Source: Squalus acanthias
Lineage: Eukaryota
NCBI GenBank assembly: GCA_030390025.1
Contig: CM059431.1
Location: 113,090,001-113,154,000 of the forward strand
DNA: 64,000 nucleotides
Direction: 5' to 3'
The notes beneath the pieces are model-generated. The model did no database searches, was not told where the DNA came from, and worked only from the letters and a program-made list of their open reading frames with translations. Positions 13,584 through 27,887 of the stretch are shown piece by piece (position 1 is the first letter of the stretch; every line of letters starts with the position of its first letter). The translations under genes were made by a program, and so were the position numbers.

Positions 13584-14805
13584 TCTAACATCATCCTCTT
13601 TCCCACAAGAACAACCATTGTAATTTGAACAAATGCGCAATTGCTCTTTTTAAAGTATTTTACTGTAAATTAAAAAATGCACTTGGGGACTGTGTGCTGT
13701 GTGTACTGTTTGTTGTTTTGGGTCTTGGAATGAATCCAGGCCAGACTGATGGGTAACAATTTCCCCTCTCTGCCAGCTGTTGGGGTCCAGCATGAAATCA
13801 GTGTGGGCAACCTCAGACAGGTTTCCAGGACCACAGGTTCACAATATGCTGCAAGTTGGCAATTAAATTCAGACAGGTTATGAGGATGGTTGGTATGGCG
13901 ATTATAGAAAAATTCATAAAATGGGGATGTTACTCTCCTGAGGTTGTGCCTAACACATTCTTGTGGCATATTGGAGGAAACTTTACTTCAGTGTTGTCAC
14001 TTATTTAGGCTTGCCTGTTTCAGGCAATAGGCTCCTTTTTTTAATGTGGAAATCGGGGGTTCCTAAGTCGGACCCCGATTGCCAGTTTAGGTCGGCGCCT
14101 CCTCAGTGCACACTCGGGACCAAAGAAGCCCGCCAAAGGTAAGTATTAGATTATTTTTGTAGACGCCGGAGGAGCTGGCTCCTCTGGGGCCCACAAAAAT
14201 AATGCGGGCCGCCCCCACCACTTACCTTTCTGGCATCTGCTTTGGCCTAATTTTGAGGCCTCTATCTGGCGAGATGCACCGGGATGCCTGTTTGGCGCCC
14301 TATCGCTCGCCTGCCAGATTGAAATGACGCCGGGGCCTCTTCGCTGCAAGAATGGACGGCCGACCAGCACGCTCCCAAAAGTCCAAATCGACCCCTCTTG
14401 TTACCAACGAGCAATAGCAACATTCTCATTTAAATCAATATACTTTTTGTGTGATACCCTTAAATCATTGCCTAAAACAGTTCCCACCATCAGCGACAGA
14501 TCTGCAATAATAAATACTTTAGCCGAGTGTTTGTTTTAAAGCTAAAAGTGCTGCCACCAGGTCAACCCATATCTGGAAGGACAAAGCCATAAACACCCAA
14601 AAAAATGTGCAGTGAAAATCTAATACCTGCTTTCCTGTGTAAATCTCATAGAATTCCTCTAGTGATCCAGCTGTTCTGTTCCACAAAGACCCAATTACAG
14701 AATCTTAAAATCTTTTTTGAAAATCCAGGCAGACTTTTTGCATATTAAAATCTGAAATATTTTAATTTTATCAAACCGTTTCACAAATGTTGCCATTTAC
14801 ATAAT

Positions 14806-15508
14806 GGCTCTGAATATGTGGCGGGTAATAGCAGTGAGCGAACAGTGATCACTGTTATTACCCCTTTGAAACTGACTGCAACTTCAGAATCCTGAAGTCA
14901 GTCATTCACTGCTCCGATACAGGCTGCGCTGTGGTCCTCCCCCCGCCCAAAGCCGGCAATCAGTGTAATCAGGGAAAGCGGTGAAACTGCTGAAAACTTT
15001 GGCTTTGCCGCGGTAATATCGTTGTTAAATATCCCATTAAAAGTTAGACCCTTTTGGATTGGTTTTAACAGTGTATCGACTGCTAATCAAATGTTATGGC
15101 CCTGAAAAACTAATTTTAATTTTGTGGAGTGTTCAATTTATCCATTTTAATAAAAATTTTTTTTTTTTAGTTTGTTCATCTTTATTTCAGGTTTGCCTTT
15201 TCCCCCCATGTGAGAGCCCCCACTCTTTGTTTTGCTCTCTGTTACATTTTTAAAAAGTTAGAATCAAAGGAGCTTACTCACTTCCTGGTTCTCGCCCTGT
15301 GAGAATTCTGCATTGTGATTGGCTGCTTAGACAGCTTGTTGACGTCACAGCAGCTGGCGTTGGGGATTCCCCATTAACTTGCACTGCTTTCAATTGCACG
15401 TCGGAAAAGCCGAATGTCTCGCCACAGAGATTGCAAGATCTTTGTGGGATGCTTATTTTGGCCCAGCTCGAACCCCTTTGCTTCGCTGCTGACCGCAAAT
15501 TACGGGCC
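14806..15508. mobile_element. Probable Harbinger-like MITE
   Basis: Right end gaccgcaaattacgggcc resembles the family A TIR; the left end ggctctgaatatgtgg is degenerate. Confidence 0.4.
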
Positions 15509-15791
15509 AACGGTGTTTGAGATATTTCTTGGTAGGGAACGGATCTTAGCTGTTACACATCGAATTCCTATGAGTGGTGCCATCCCCTGATTGGCCTCGG
15601 GGAGTGGGTCTGGGGTCCGCCATCCTCCACCCCTTCCCAAGTGCCATCAGGGCTCAGGCACACCTACCCCAGTGTGGCCAGGCCTCGGTTTTGAAGAGTG
15701 CTTCCGGCCTGCAGACTGCCTACTCCTCCCAAGTTCCAAAATGAGCTCAATACCTCCCAGCACCTTCAATCGTTCCATCAATCGTTCCATC

Positions 15792-16235
15792 AAGAAAGGA
15801 AGAAGGAATTTCCATTTATATAGCGCCTTTCATAACCTCAGGAGGTCCCAAAATGCTTCACAGCCAATTAAGTACTTTTTTGAAGTGGAGTCACTGTTGT
15901 AATGTAGGAAACGCGGCAGCCAATTCACGCACAGCAAGCTCCCACAAACAGCAATGTGATAATGACCAGTTTTAGTGATGTTGGTTGAGGGATAAATATT
16001 GGCCAGGGGAGAACTTCAAGTAGTGCCGTGGGATCTTTGAGAGGGGGCAGACGGGGACCTTGGTTTAACGTCTCATCCGAAAGATGGAAACCCCGACAAT
16101 GTAGCGTTCCCTCAGCACTGTACTGCAGTACTGAAGTGTCAGCCTAGATTTTGTGCTCAAGTCTCTCGAGCGGGGCTTCAACCCGCAACCTTCTGACTTG
16201 GAGGTGAGAGTGCTGCCCACTGAGCCATGGCTGAC
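15792..16235 (-). mobile_element. tRNA-derived SINE (DeuSINE/SacSINE1-like)
   Basis: Minus-strand head gtcagccatggctcagtgg (A box)...ggttgaagccc (B box); central gctgtttgtgggagcttgctgtgc domain; tail ggcgctatataaatg. Confidence 0.85.
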
Positions 16236-17271
16236 ACAGCAGTCCAGGTGTCCCTCTCCTGAACTCAATTCCAACCCCAACTGTTCTTCTCACTTGCACG
16301 TACTGCAGTAGCTGATGGGCATTCCGTGTGGACTGATCTTCACATCTACCTCTGACCTGGTATGTGATAGCTGCCCTCTTGCTGTGCACTGTAAACTTGT
16401 ACTCAATTTTTATTTCTTTGTAAATCAGTGAAGGAACATGTTTGATAGCCATTCAGAGATTGGGAGTCATACAGAAGGTAAAGGGGACAAAGGGAAAGAA
16501 AAGAATGACAGAGAAAACAAATATAGTACAAATGGAGATATTGGAAAAACAAAGTGTGTGTCAGCCATATAAGGAGTGACTGTGCGCTACTCTGCTTCAA
16601 TCAGAGAAAGATGAACAGAAAGAATTAAGATTGGGAAAGAAGCAGAGAAACCGTTACAGAAGGAACAACACCACTGAGTAGAAATTTAGATTTTTGAGGT
16701 TGGGGAATGGTTTTCAGATCTCAAAACAAAATACACTTACGGTGACTATCTGAACCACTGAGCTTTATCCTCCTTCATCTTATCTGAGATATTCAGTTTG
16801 TACAATGTTGTCTTATCCCCACTCACTTGCTTTCACTTGTTCCTTTCCACTTTTGAGTAATAGAAAATTTTCTTTTGAAGCATGCCTGCCTAATTTTTCA
16901 TCTTATCAAATAAGAATTTATGTTATGTGATTTTGAACCAACTTGTGCCAGGATAGAAGCTGACTTTCCTTGACCAAAATGAAGACCAGAGGGCAGCTGT
17001 CTCCAAGAGACGGGTCCTTTGATCTGTAGATAAGACAGAATGCAGAAGCTTGGTTCAAGGTACTAATCAAATAATAGCTCCTTTTGAAGGACAATGATAA
17101 TTTATATTTTAACACCAGCTTATGTCAATCAGACAACCATTTCAAATGCTGGCAAGTATGCAAGCCTATACACCAATTCATTGCATCTTAAATGACTGAC
17201 TGATCAAGGAGGTTTTGTTCTAATAGGGTTTCAGTTGTACAATGTTCAAAAACATTAACCAAAACCACCAA

Positions 17272-17790
17272 CTCCAGTGCAGTACTGAGGGAGCGCTGCA
17301 CTGTCGGAGATGCCATCTTTCTGATGAGGTGTCCTCTCGGGTGAACGTAAAACATCCCATCCCATCCCATTCGAAGAAAGGAAAGACGTGCATTTATATA
17401 GCACCTGTCTCAACCACAGGATGTCCCAAAGCGCTTTACAGCCAATGAAGTACTTTTGAAGTGTAGTCACTATTGTAATGTAGGGAGAAGAGCAGAAATT
17501 CCCAGCCATGATCTTATTGAATGATGAAGCAGGCTTGAAGGACCAAATGGCCTACTCCTGCTCCTGTTTCTTCTATTTCTTAGTGTCCTGGTCAATATTT
17601 ATCCCTCAATCAATGTCACTAAGAAACAGATTATCTCGGCATTATTACATTGTGGTTTGTGGGACCGTGCTGTGTGCAAATTGGCTGCCATGTTTCCTAC
17701 GTTACAACAGTGACTTCACTTCAAAAGTACTTCATTGGCTGTAAAATGCCTTGGGACATCATGAAAGGCGCTATATAAATGCAAGTTCTT
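17272..17790. mobile_element. Mosaic of SINE pieces in both orientations plus a CR1 tail
   Basis: SINE body (+) 17272-17350, SINE tail (-) ~17375-17485, CR1 3' UTR ~17505-17580, SINE 3' half (+) ~17585-17790. Confidence 0.7.
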
Positions 17791-18390
17791 TATAAGATCT
17801 GTTTCCGGTGCCCTTTGCATCAAAAAAAGGCACCCAATATAATTTACAGTTGATCCCAAAATTTTCAGTCTTTGACATGGCCTTAATCACTTGAGGGTGC
17901 TTAATAGGCTCTGTGCAAGGCCATCTCTCATTTAACGTCCATCAGAGAGAAGAACTACTGAAAAGCATTTTAAACTGTCTGTTTCTTGTTTTGAAACAGT
18001 TTATTTTATTGGGGTTACTTTGCAAAATTTTGGAAGTTTGGACCCCTGCCCCCTATGCTTTTTATTTATTTAAAGTAATGGATGGGGAATCATAGGGAGT
18101 GAATTCCCAATATGTACTCCAAGTTCTGCGGCAGGAGTGTAAATTTGTAACAATATCTAATTTTGTAAATCTAGTATTGTGCTTTTAGTATTTAGTGTTT
18201 TTCCTGTTTCCGTATAACATCTTTCTTGTAAATAAATTGAACTATTTCTTTTAGCCTGAATATAGTCAAACAATGTTATATTTACTGCCTTTTGGAGTGA
18301 ACAGGAGAATGTTCTGGGGCATCTAGTTTGATGCACATGCAGCAACTGAGATACAGTACAAGGGTGCAGGTTTTGGTTCACCGGAGACTC

Positions 18391-19061
18391 TAGCCCATAT
18401 TTTCCGATCCCTACGGGTGTGTATGGGCTGTGTACACACCTGTAGGGACATCGGAAATGCCGCTTTCAGGCATGCGCTGAAAACCAGCATTTCTGATCTG
18501 TTAAGAATGTTCTTGACAGATCGGACACCTGCCCTAGAGAAGGGCCTCTGCGGGCAGATAGCTCCGCTTTCTGCAGAAACTCCGCCCGCAGAAAACCCGT
18601 AGAAATCTTACGCCTGGTAAAAGAGTTGAAAAAAGTGAAAAAAAATTTCACTCATTTATAATTTAAAAATACTTTAAAAAAAGGTAAGTTTATTTTTAGC
18701 CCCGTAAAACACTTTAATTATTTTTTTCAAAAAATTAAAAAATGTGATGGTTTTTAAAAAAATTATTTAATGTTTTACTTTGTTTTTGGGGTGATCTCCA
18801 TTCATACATTTGACAGGTCAATCTGTCAAAAGTATGAAGGGAGATTCCCTTCTCCTATTGGCTCCCCATGGCCCACGTGATCCCAGGGATGCTTGCGAAC
18901 TGCATATGCCTCTGGGATACGTGGGCCCTGCGCATTTCGAGTTTGTAGAGGCCCAGGAGCGGAAGTGTCTGGACCTCGGGAGCCCTCCGGTAAGTTCGTA
19001 GTTTTTTTTCCGATAGGAGACATCCGCACGCAGGAAGCCTCCTATCGGAAATTACGGGCCC
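18391..19061 (-). mobile_element. MITE family A, copy 2 (inverted relative to copy 1)
   Basis: Ends agcccatattttccgat ... atcggaaattacgggccc; interior colinear with the reverse complement of copy 1. Confidence 0.85.
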
Positions 19062-22000
19062 ATGTTTATGGAAACTACCTTTTCTGTTGTGGACACAAAT
19101 GTAATGTTTTCAGAAAAACCCTACCTGTAACAGTTCCCGATAAGTATATTTTATAGTTCAGGGAAATTCCTTTTATATTCTATTAATGGAACTGCTCTTC
19201 CATTGATAATTTGTTTTAAAGAAAATGTTCAAAAGCATAATCATTCTAAACCCACATCACACAGTAATAGCACTCGTGCTGTCTGGAGTGGCAATGGAGC
19301 CAAATCACAAAGGAATAAACTGGACCATTAAACTCCTTGTTTACCGAACACCTTATTTAAGATGTTAGAGGATATGAGTTATATGCCATTTTTGGTGCTG
19401 ATCATAAGTCGTGAGCATAATTCCTCAGGATATCCCATAGGTATAACATTATTCTCGAGCTCTTAATGTCTAGTACAGATTTTACCATCAATTCTTTCAA
19501 AAACTATGATGTTTTTGTTCTCTATAAAGTGTGCTCTAGTAACTTAAAATTAATGTGGGTAACTGTAACAAAATGTACTATTTGAATATAAGAAAGTCAG
19601 GATTGAGAAAACGCCATTTGACTCATCAGTTCTTTGCCATCCAGAGTTCATGGACCTAATCCCAACCATTACCACCAGTCTCGATCCTCTACTTTATGGA
19701 ATGCTAAATAACTCCTGCTATGCTGGAATTCTAAATTAAAAACAGAAATGGCTATAAATAGGCCGGACAGCATCTATAAATGAACAACAGACAGGTTATG
19801 ATGTTTTGGATGCGCATCCATCTGAAATGCCATGATCTGTTTTTATTTCTCTTTGCAGTATTTTCTGTTTTGATTTCCCTGTAACGGTGTCAGTTAAAGC
19901 TGACTCGATAGCCTTCTCTGTCACGTGCCCACTATCCAGTGGGGCGGGCGGTAAGGGGGAGTGTTTTTGTAATTTTGGGCATTGCTCGAAGCTTGTGAAT
20001 GTTCTGCTTGTATCCTCTAGCCCTAAAGGCATTGTCCAAATATAACTGAGTATATTCAAGGCTGAGATCAATAGATTTTTGGACTCTAAGGGAATCAAGG
20101 GATATGGGCATTGGGTGGGAAAGCAGAGTTGATGCCGACAATCAGCCATAATCTTATTGAATGGCGGAGCAGGCTCGAGGGATCATATGGCCTACTTCTA
20201 CTCCTATTTCTTATGTTATCTTAAGTTCAAGATGCTTACTTATCATGCCAAAGCTTTCAATATTTTAAAGACCTGTGTCATGTCTCTCCTCTGTCTGTTA
20301 TCCAGTGAAAATTAGTTTAGTCATTTGAGCCTCTCTTCATAACTTGATCTAAAGATTCCTGAAATCACTCTGGTCACTTTTGTTTAAATACTTAACTGAT
20401 GTATCTATACTATTTTTAAGATCAGTTGACCAAAATTGGATCCCATACTGCACAATTGGTCTCACCATTGACATGTACAATGCCAGTATAACTAGTTCTA
20501 TAATCACATGCCCCATAGATGGCTTGCTTTAGTAATAACTGCTTCACACTAGCCAGATGCTTTCAGGATATGATCAATGATCCCTTTCCTTTTCAGCCTC
20601 AGCCAGTGGACCCTACTTGTTTATTTTTGTTCACTCGGAGCGCAGGGTGAGCTGACTGGTGAACTGATGGGTCTGCTCCTTGGCCTGGTAAAGTCTCCCA
20701 GCTGCAGGTCCAGGATTAGTAAGATCGCTGGGCTGGATTCTTTTAACTGTTGTTGGGCTTTAGTTTATGTCAGATGACTGAGTACCAATATGCAGATTCT
20801 ACTGACTCTCCAAATTTCCTTTGGATTTCCCCTGATTTTACTGTTTTATGATTTAATATTTTCTGTTTTGTAAAATCCGTTTGGATAGACCAACTTCTTG
20901 AATTTTTCATGATGCCCTCCTTGTAAGGGGAGATAGCTGAAGATGTGTCTTGCAAGCCAGTGGCCTACTACAAAATAGGACCCTTTCATGTTTATTATTC
21001 TCTGTTTGCTTCTGTCTTGATGTGCATTATCTTGCATTTATCCACATTAAAATCTCTTTTGGATTTCAAGTAATTACTGTTTTCTGCTAGCCTCCACCAA
21101 AATAAAACAGTAAGACTTAGCTTTTTGACACCTGCAGTGGGTAGTAGAAATGTGTTGATTTTTTTACATACAGTATTTCAAACGACTGGTCTAAATATGA
21201 ACATTTTTGTCACAGAAACTTTATTGCTTACAGGTTTGAGTCCAGTCAACCAGTGCTACCTTGGTAAACGAGGTGGATAGGTTTTCTGCCAACTGTTCTA
21301 AAGAGCCGTGTCACTTCAGTCAATGACATCGTGACATCTTGATTTTCTCATGTGTTCCGTGTGTGAATACTGTGGTATTTCCGGATTTTATATGAACTAT
21401 TTCCTTTGGCTCAGCTACATTGGCCACTCCTACTAGCGGACATCACATCCCCCTGTTGAATGGCAGAGCAGGCTCGAAGGGCCAAATGGCCAACTCCAGC
21501 TCCTATTTCTTATGTTCCTTCACCTGCACAATATTTAAGCAAATGTAGTGAGACTCGGGCTCCAAATGGAGAGCCTTTGTCACTATATTCTAGCTTCCTG
21601 GCATACACCACATGTCACCCTGTGACTGCCTTATTTTTGTTGAGCACAAGAATATATGCTCGACCAGTTTGTGGCTCAGAATATAAGCCATTAGATACAC
21701 TGAACATGAAACGGGCAAATGACCGTACTCGGCGCAAATACTAGGTTGCGCAAAAGACCGAGGAATTTCAAGCGCAACTTACGTCCAGCACAAATCGAGT
21801 TTCCGCGATCTTTTGTGCTGGTTTAGAAAAACATGGTGCTGGAAGCCAGCCCCCACCCACAAAACTGGCCACACCCCCGATCGAATTAATCACCATGGGG
21901 AGTTTCCGCTAATTGCGCTCGTTTGCGGCCCTACAAGGAGGCTCTTAAAATTAAGCTTTTTAGGCGCAAGGACCCTAATAGCCGCCTTTTTTAAAAGCTT

Positions 22001-22809
22001 TTAAATATTAAAATATTTAATTTACTAAAACTGACTAGCGTACACCAATGAAACTAGTAAATGGTTCTGTATATTTTTTAAGTCATTTTCAGGTATTTAA
22101 AATTGGGTTACTCACAGGTGGTCGACTAGACACTCTTATTAAAAATGCTTATTTTTTGTGACAAACCCATTTTCAGCTATATTAATAAAACTGCACTCTT
22201 GTACATCAAGGAATAATGCAAGAAAAAAAACATAATTATGTTCTATTACGCTGCCCGATTGCGTTGGTTCATGGAAGATTTTACGGCCAGATTGCCGATT
22301 GTGCCCAAAGCGAAAGCTCTACCCCTATATACACAATTTATACAAACTTTCCGAACCTCCTGAGAATCCAAAAAAAAACCAACAATGCTCCTTGAGCTCT
22401 CAACATAAAAATAGCCCTTGATGCACAACTCCTTTACAGTGTATGCTGTCACTGAGCTGTTGACCCACTCCTTATCTGCGCTGGCTTCAAACTGACTGCT
22501 GTCTAGTTACAATACAGCTAAGATACATGGTTCCAAATTTCTTTGAAGAGATCACAGAATAGAGGTAATTATAGACTGCCTTTCTCGTAACTACTTTTAG
22601 GCAATCCACCTTTAACTGTATTTGAACTGAGTAGCTTGATCTTTTCCTAAGAAATATGCAGATCTGTTCTAACACCTTTGAACATCTCTGATTGCAGAAA
22701 ATTAACACTCCTCCAGACGGTTATTGGGGACACTTGTGAACAGAATGGTAGTTATAATGATCTGCACTTAACATACATTAGCATATTAAGCCACCTTTTG
22801 CTTCACAGG

Positions 22810-23600
22810 AACATAGAATATACGGCATAGAAAGAGTCCATTCGGCCCAACCAGTCCACGCCGGCATTTATGCTCCACTCGAGCCTCCTCCCGTCCTTCC
22901 TCATCTAAATCTATCAGCATAACCCTCTATTCCCTCCCTCATCTGCTTATCTAGCTTCCCCTTAAATGCATCATATATTATTTGCCTCAACCACTCCCTG
23001 TGGTAGTGAGTTCCACATTCTCACCATTCTCTGGGTAAAGAAGTTTCTTCTGAATTCCCTATTTGATTTCTTGGTGACTATCTTATATTGATGGCCCCTA
23101 GTTTTGCTCTTCTCCACAAGTGAAACACTCTCTCTGTGTCTACTCTATCAAAGCCTTTCATAATTTTAAAGAACTCTACTAGGTCACCCCTCCGCCTTCT
23201 CTTTTCAAGAGAAAAGAGACCCAGCCTGTTCATCCTTTCCTGATGGGTATAACCTCGCAGTTCTGGTATCATCCTTGTAAATCTTTTTTGCACCCTCCCC
23301 AGTGCCTCTTTTTTTTAAAATATGGCGACCAGAACTGTACACAGTACACCAAGTGTGGTCTAACCAAGGTTCAATACAAGTTCAGCATAACTTCTCTACT
23401 TTTCAATTCTATCCCTCTAGAAACAAACCCTAGTGCTTGGTTTGCTTTTTTTAAATGGCCTTATTAACCTATGTCACTACTTTTAGTGATTTGTGCATTT
23501 GTACTCCTAAATCCCTTTGCTCCACTACCCCATTTAAATTCTTATTTTCTAAGTAATGTGTGACCTCATTCTTCTTACCAAAATGTAATAGTTCACACTT
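22810..23600 (-). mobile_element. CR1 LINE 3' fragment
   Basis: ORF 23078..23293(-) QKRFTRMIPELRG...LGLFSLEKRRRRGDL; CR1 tail at the left end. Confidence 0.88.
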
Positions 23601-23654
23601 CTCCAACAGATGTGTGTTAATACCTATAAAATGACCGATGTTCTATCAAACTGT

Positions 23655-23960
23655 AATAAAAACAGAAAATGCTGGAAACACTCAGCAAATCAGGCAGCAT
23701 CTGTGGAGAGAGAAACAGCACTTATGTTCCAGGTCGTTGACCTTTCATCAGAACAGGCAAAAGTTAGAGATGTAACAGGTTTTAAGCAAGTACAGAGGCA
23801 GGGAAAGGGGGGCGCGGCAGAGGGAAGGGGAGGAATGAACAAAAGGGAAGGTCTGTGATAGGGTGGAAGGCAGGAGAGATTAAATGACAAAGGGGATGAT
23901 GGGGCAAGGCAAAAGGGGGTGGTAATGGGACAAGTAAAGAAACAAAAGATGGGTCTAGAA
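23655..23960 (-). mobile_element. Penelope-like family P1 3' region (hammerhead core mutated)
   Basis: Colinear with 12050-12350; minus strand CTGATGAaAGGTCaacGACCTGGAA. Confidence 0.7.
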
Positions 23961-24027
23961 AAGTGTTGTCATAATTCTCTGCAGCTTGCAGAAACAACTA
24001 GCAGTAACCAAAGTAACTACTTTTAAT

Positions 24028-24208
24028 AGCAAAATACTGCGGATGCTGGAAATCTGAAATAACAACAGAAAATGCTGGAAACACTCAGCAGGCCAGGCAG
24101 CATCCGTGGAGAGAGAAACAGAGTCAACGTCCAGACCTGAAACGTTAACTTTGTTTCTCTCTCCACGGATGCTGCCTGGTCTGCTGCATGTTTCCAGCAT
24201 TTTCTGTT
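24028..24208. mobile_element. Fold-back mini-Penelope (family P1) with 15-bp TSD
   Basis: Arms caacagaaaatgctggaaaca... and ...tgtttccagcattttctgttg; perfect TSD gtaactacttttaat at 24013-24027 and 24209-24223. Confidence 0.8.
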
Positions 24209-26326
24209 GTAACTACTTTTAATGGTTTGTGTATTGACTCCCAGATCCCTTTGCTCCTCTACCCCATTTAGATTCTTATTTTCTAAGTAATATGTGACCT
24301 TATTTTTCTAACCAAAATGTAATTAATACCTCACACTTATCCTACTGCCTGCGTGTTAATGCTGATAAAATGACCTATGTTCTATCAAACTGTAATAAAA
24401 ACAGAAAATGCTGGGAACACTCGGCATGCCAGGCAGCATCTACGGACGCTGTGACCAGCAGCAGCAGATCCAACAAATATTCACAGAAAAAAATGTTGCA
24501 TTTTTTGCACGGTATGTGCGTGTGCGTGTATATGAACATATGTGCGTGTATATGAACATATGTGCGTGTGCACGCATCTGGATGTTCTTGGATTTTTTTA
24601 TGTACTTGCTTTCCTTTTTATAGTGATGCTATTTCTTCCAGTGGCCAATTTAGAGAGTGACAGCATGAATAATTCAGTTCTTTGAGCACTGTGTGGTAGC
24701 TTGAAGCTAAAGACCATAATACATTGTTTTTGAAGGAAAAGCACACTTTCTGGGTTAAAGATGGCAATGTTTGGTGCCTGAGAGAGATATATATATATAT
24801 ATATAAAATCATTTTTGCATAATGTATAATTTCCGTAAAAGCTAATGCGACAAGATTGCTAAATTTCTCAATAGAGAGCATGGGGTGGATTTTAACTATC
24901 AGGCAGCCAACCGCTAACCAATTTTAATCCTATAGCCGCATCGAAAGTGCTGGTGGGTGGCCTCGTCGATTGTGATGGCCAGGCCTCACTCATTGCCATG
25001 CTGCCAGGTGGGAAATGGTGCCCTGCTGCAGTTAGGTGGCACAAACCCAGAGGCCAATCTGACCGGCAACAAGATAAGTCCTGTGGTGTGGTTGGGGGTG
25101 GGGGGCAATATTGGGAGGTGGGGGGGGGGGAGGTGGGTGACCATCGGGTATCAGCTTTTCACATTATTCTTGTGGATCCAGGAGAAGGCTGAGGGGTGAC
25201 CTGTTTGGCCATACCGCCAGGTAAAACCGGGCAGAGAGTGCGTGGTACGCGCTCTGCCTAGCTATCTCCCAGATTGGCACTCGTGGTCCTAGGTATGTCA
25301 TAGTATTTGCATGTTAGAAGGGCCAAATGCCTGAAACGGGTGCTCTGGGTGCCCAGTGGCGTGCCCCTTTTCAGGATGGCATTGGCCGGTTGAGGCGGTA
25401 AGTTTTCCTCCGCTATTTTCAGGGCATTATCATAGAATAGTACAGCACAGAAGGAGGTCATTCAGCCCATCGAGTCTGCACCCGCTCTTTCATAGAGCAG
25501 TCCAGTTAGTCCCACTCTCCCACTCTTTCCCCACATCCCCGCAATTTTTTCTCCTTCAAGTATCTATTCCGTTCCCTTTAGAAGGTAACTATTGAATATG
25601 TTCACGTTACCACCTCATTTCCACCTGGAAATCTCCCCCCTCCATATACCATTGGTTTCTGTATTCTATTCTTTTATGACTAATATTGAGATCTTGCGAT
25701 CCTATGAACTATGTTTTAGCTGTGCTATCATGAGCTCATCTTAGCTAAATGACACAGAACTTGGCAGCTGCTAAGATGGTGAGGTTATTCCTGTCAATAT
25801 TAGATAATAGAAGGTCACGAGTACTAAACAGGATTACTCATTTTGTGTGTGTTGGTGCTGATTTTCCAAATGTAAGCTAGTGGCATGGCGCTTTGCCATT
25901 CAACTGTGCATATCCGAAATTGCAGGCATAATGGATGGGAAATCGTGGACCGCACACCTGCGGTTTCTTGGAATGTGCAGCCAGCAGGCACTGTTCCTTG
26001 CCTGTAGCACGCATTCGGAATAGCAACCCTGTTGACATTTTGCTTAAATTATTATTGTCAGACTGACCATTATTAAGTGAATTTTCTAATAATATAAGAA
26101 GTTAATAAGAATACTTATGTTTTTTTTTGAAGTTTTAATTTCTTCCTTGTAGAGATTATTTTTGCCTGAAATGTGATTCTTTACACTTCTGAATTTGAAA
26201 CTGGATATGCACAGTTAGGCATTTGTGCAGCTTTAGATATCTTCTTGCTCTATGCAAAGTGATCGGTTGATTAATTGAACCTTGTGCTGTTTGTCATAAA
26301 GCATGTACAAGAATGCTTCCCAGTTA

Positions 26327-27250
26327 CAGTAAACTCTTGTTTAAACGGCACTTAATCATCTGGAATTCTCTAATAACCGGCAAAATTGATACTCAGAAAA
26401 CCACACCTCAATAACTGGAAATGTTGCGAGTCCGAGTCTTGGTTTCTGTTTGCTTCAGAATATTGAGAGTGGCAGCTACTTTCGAATTGAATATGTGTTT
26501 CCCAGAGACTCCATGGATGAGTTCATTTTTCAGGATGTTACTGTGCCCTATAGACTAGGGAAGTCCCAGGTTCTATTGCCGATTTGATGTGAAATTGATT
26601 TTCTGAAATCACTGGATTCTCTTGGGATGCTGAGAAATTTCTTTATAAAACTTATGGGGTTTGTTTTTTTGCTGTTTCTCTTTGCTCATCATTGTAACAA
26701 ATGACAGTGCTGGGAAATGGAGCACTTTTTGGTGAGAGAAGTTAACATCAAGGACAGTCAGGTTATGTACTCAATCCCTGTCGGGGAGAAAGAGCTGAAT
26801 TTTCTCCATTTGGAGGTTTACAGGTGTGTGTTAACCACCCGATGGATTCATGGCTGTCAGGTGATAGGTCGGAAATCTTCAGTTGTATAGGGAATAATAA
26901 ATAGTTGGTAGGGAATAATAAATACTTCATCGGGACTTACCCAGAAGAAAAAGGTGACTGGCTGTTGGTGAGTTAGGTAGAGATTGAAATGTGAGTGTGG
27001 ATAAGCTATATAGAAGGCATTGGTGTGGATAAGTTACTTGGAGGGCAATGTACACTTGCCAGTGAAAGCTGAAAATTGATGTCCAGATAAGGATTATACC
27101 AGATAAAAGTTGGTCATGTTATGTAAATAGCATTCAAATCTTATTTTATTTTTGTTTGTTAAAAATAGCCTCAGTAGATATACCTCTCCGTTATCCGGAA
27201 TTTTCAATCAACCGGCATCATCTCGGTGCCAGATACGAAAGAGTTTACTG
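26327..27250. mobile_element. Old Tc1/mariner-pogo(Tigger)-type non-autonomous element
   Basis: TA|cagtaaactct ... agagtttactg|TA; both subterminal regions are homologous to the younger element at 29468-29886. Confidence 0.75.
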
Positions 27251-27359
27251 TACTTCCTAGTTTTGAATTGTACTGTAGACCGGGCAAAAATGATCTGGTA
27301 GTGTAGCATCTTAGTGCTGACACTATTGAGTGGTAGGATGTAGGTATCCTTTGGGTTTC

Positions 27360-27610
27360 CTGTTTGAATCCCTCTCTAATTCCCACCAATCCAGCTTCCA
27401 CACCACTCTCCGCATCGAGACAGCCTTTAACCAAAGTCACCAATGACATTCCCCGTGACTGTGACCATGGTGCATTATTCCTCCTCATTCTCTTTGCGGC
27501 CTCCAGCATCCTTCTCCAATGCCTTTCCTCCCTTGTCCTGCTCCGTGGCACTGTCGTTGTCTGGCTCCACTCTTGCCTATCCGATCATAGCCAGAGCATC
27601 TTTAGCAAAT
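27360..27610 (+). mobile_element. L2-type LINE RT fragment
   Basis: Frameshifted ETA..KVTNDIPRDCDHGALFLLIL, resembling the STETAL.KVTNDI...D.G motif of L2 RT. Confidence 0.6.
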
Positions 27611-27887
27611 GGCGGCCCCGATTTTGGTCCCTCCGTCGCCCGCTTTTTCATTTTTAGTGCACAGAAGCTACTGAAGATCATTAAAGGTTTTGAGTTTATC
27701 GCAAGATGATAATAACTGACTTTGATTAACATTGATATAGCAATTTTTTTCTCCTTGCCCTGACTGAGACTGCATTAAGAATAACTACTTTTACGCTCCG
27801 CATGAGTTTGTAAAAATGAGAATTAATTGTGGTAAGATCCATTTTTTGTGGTAAATGACTACAAATGGTATGTTTTTTCATTTATAG

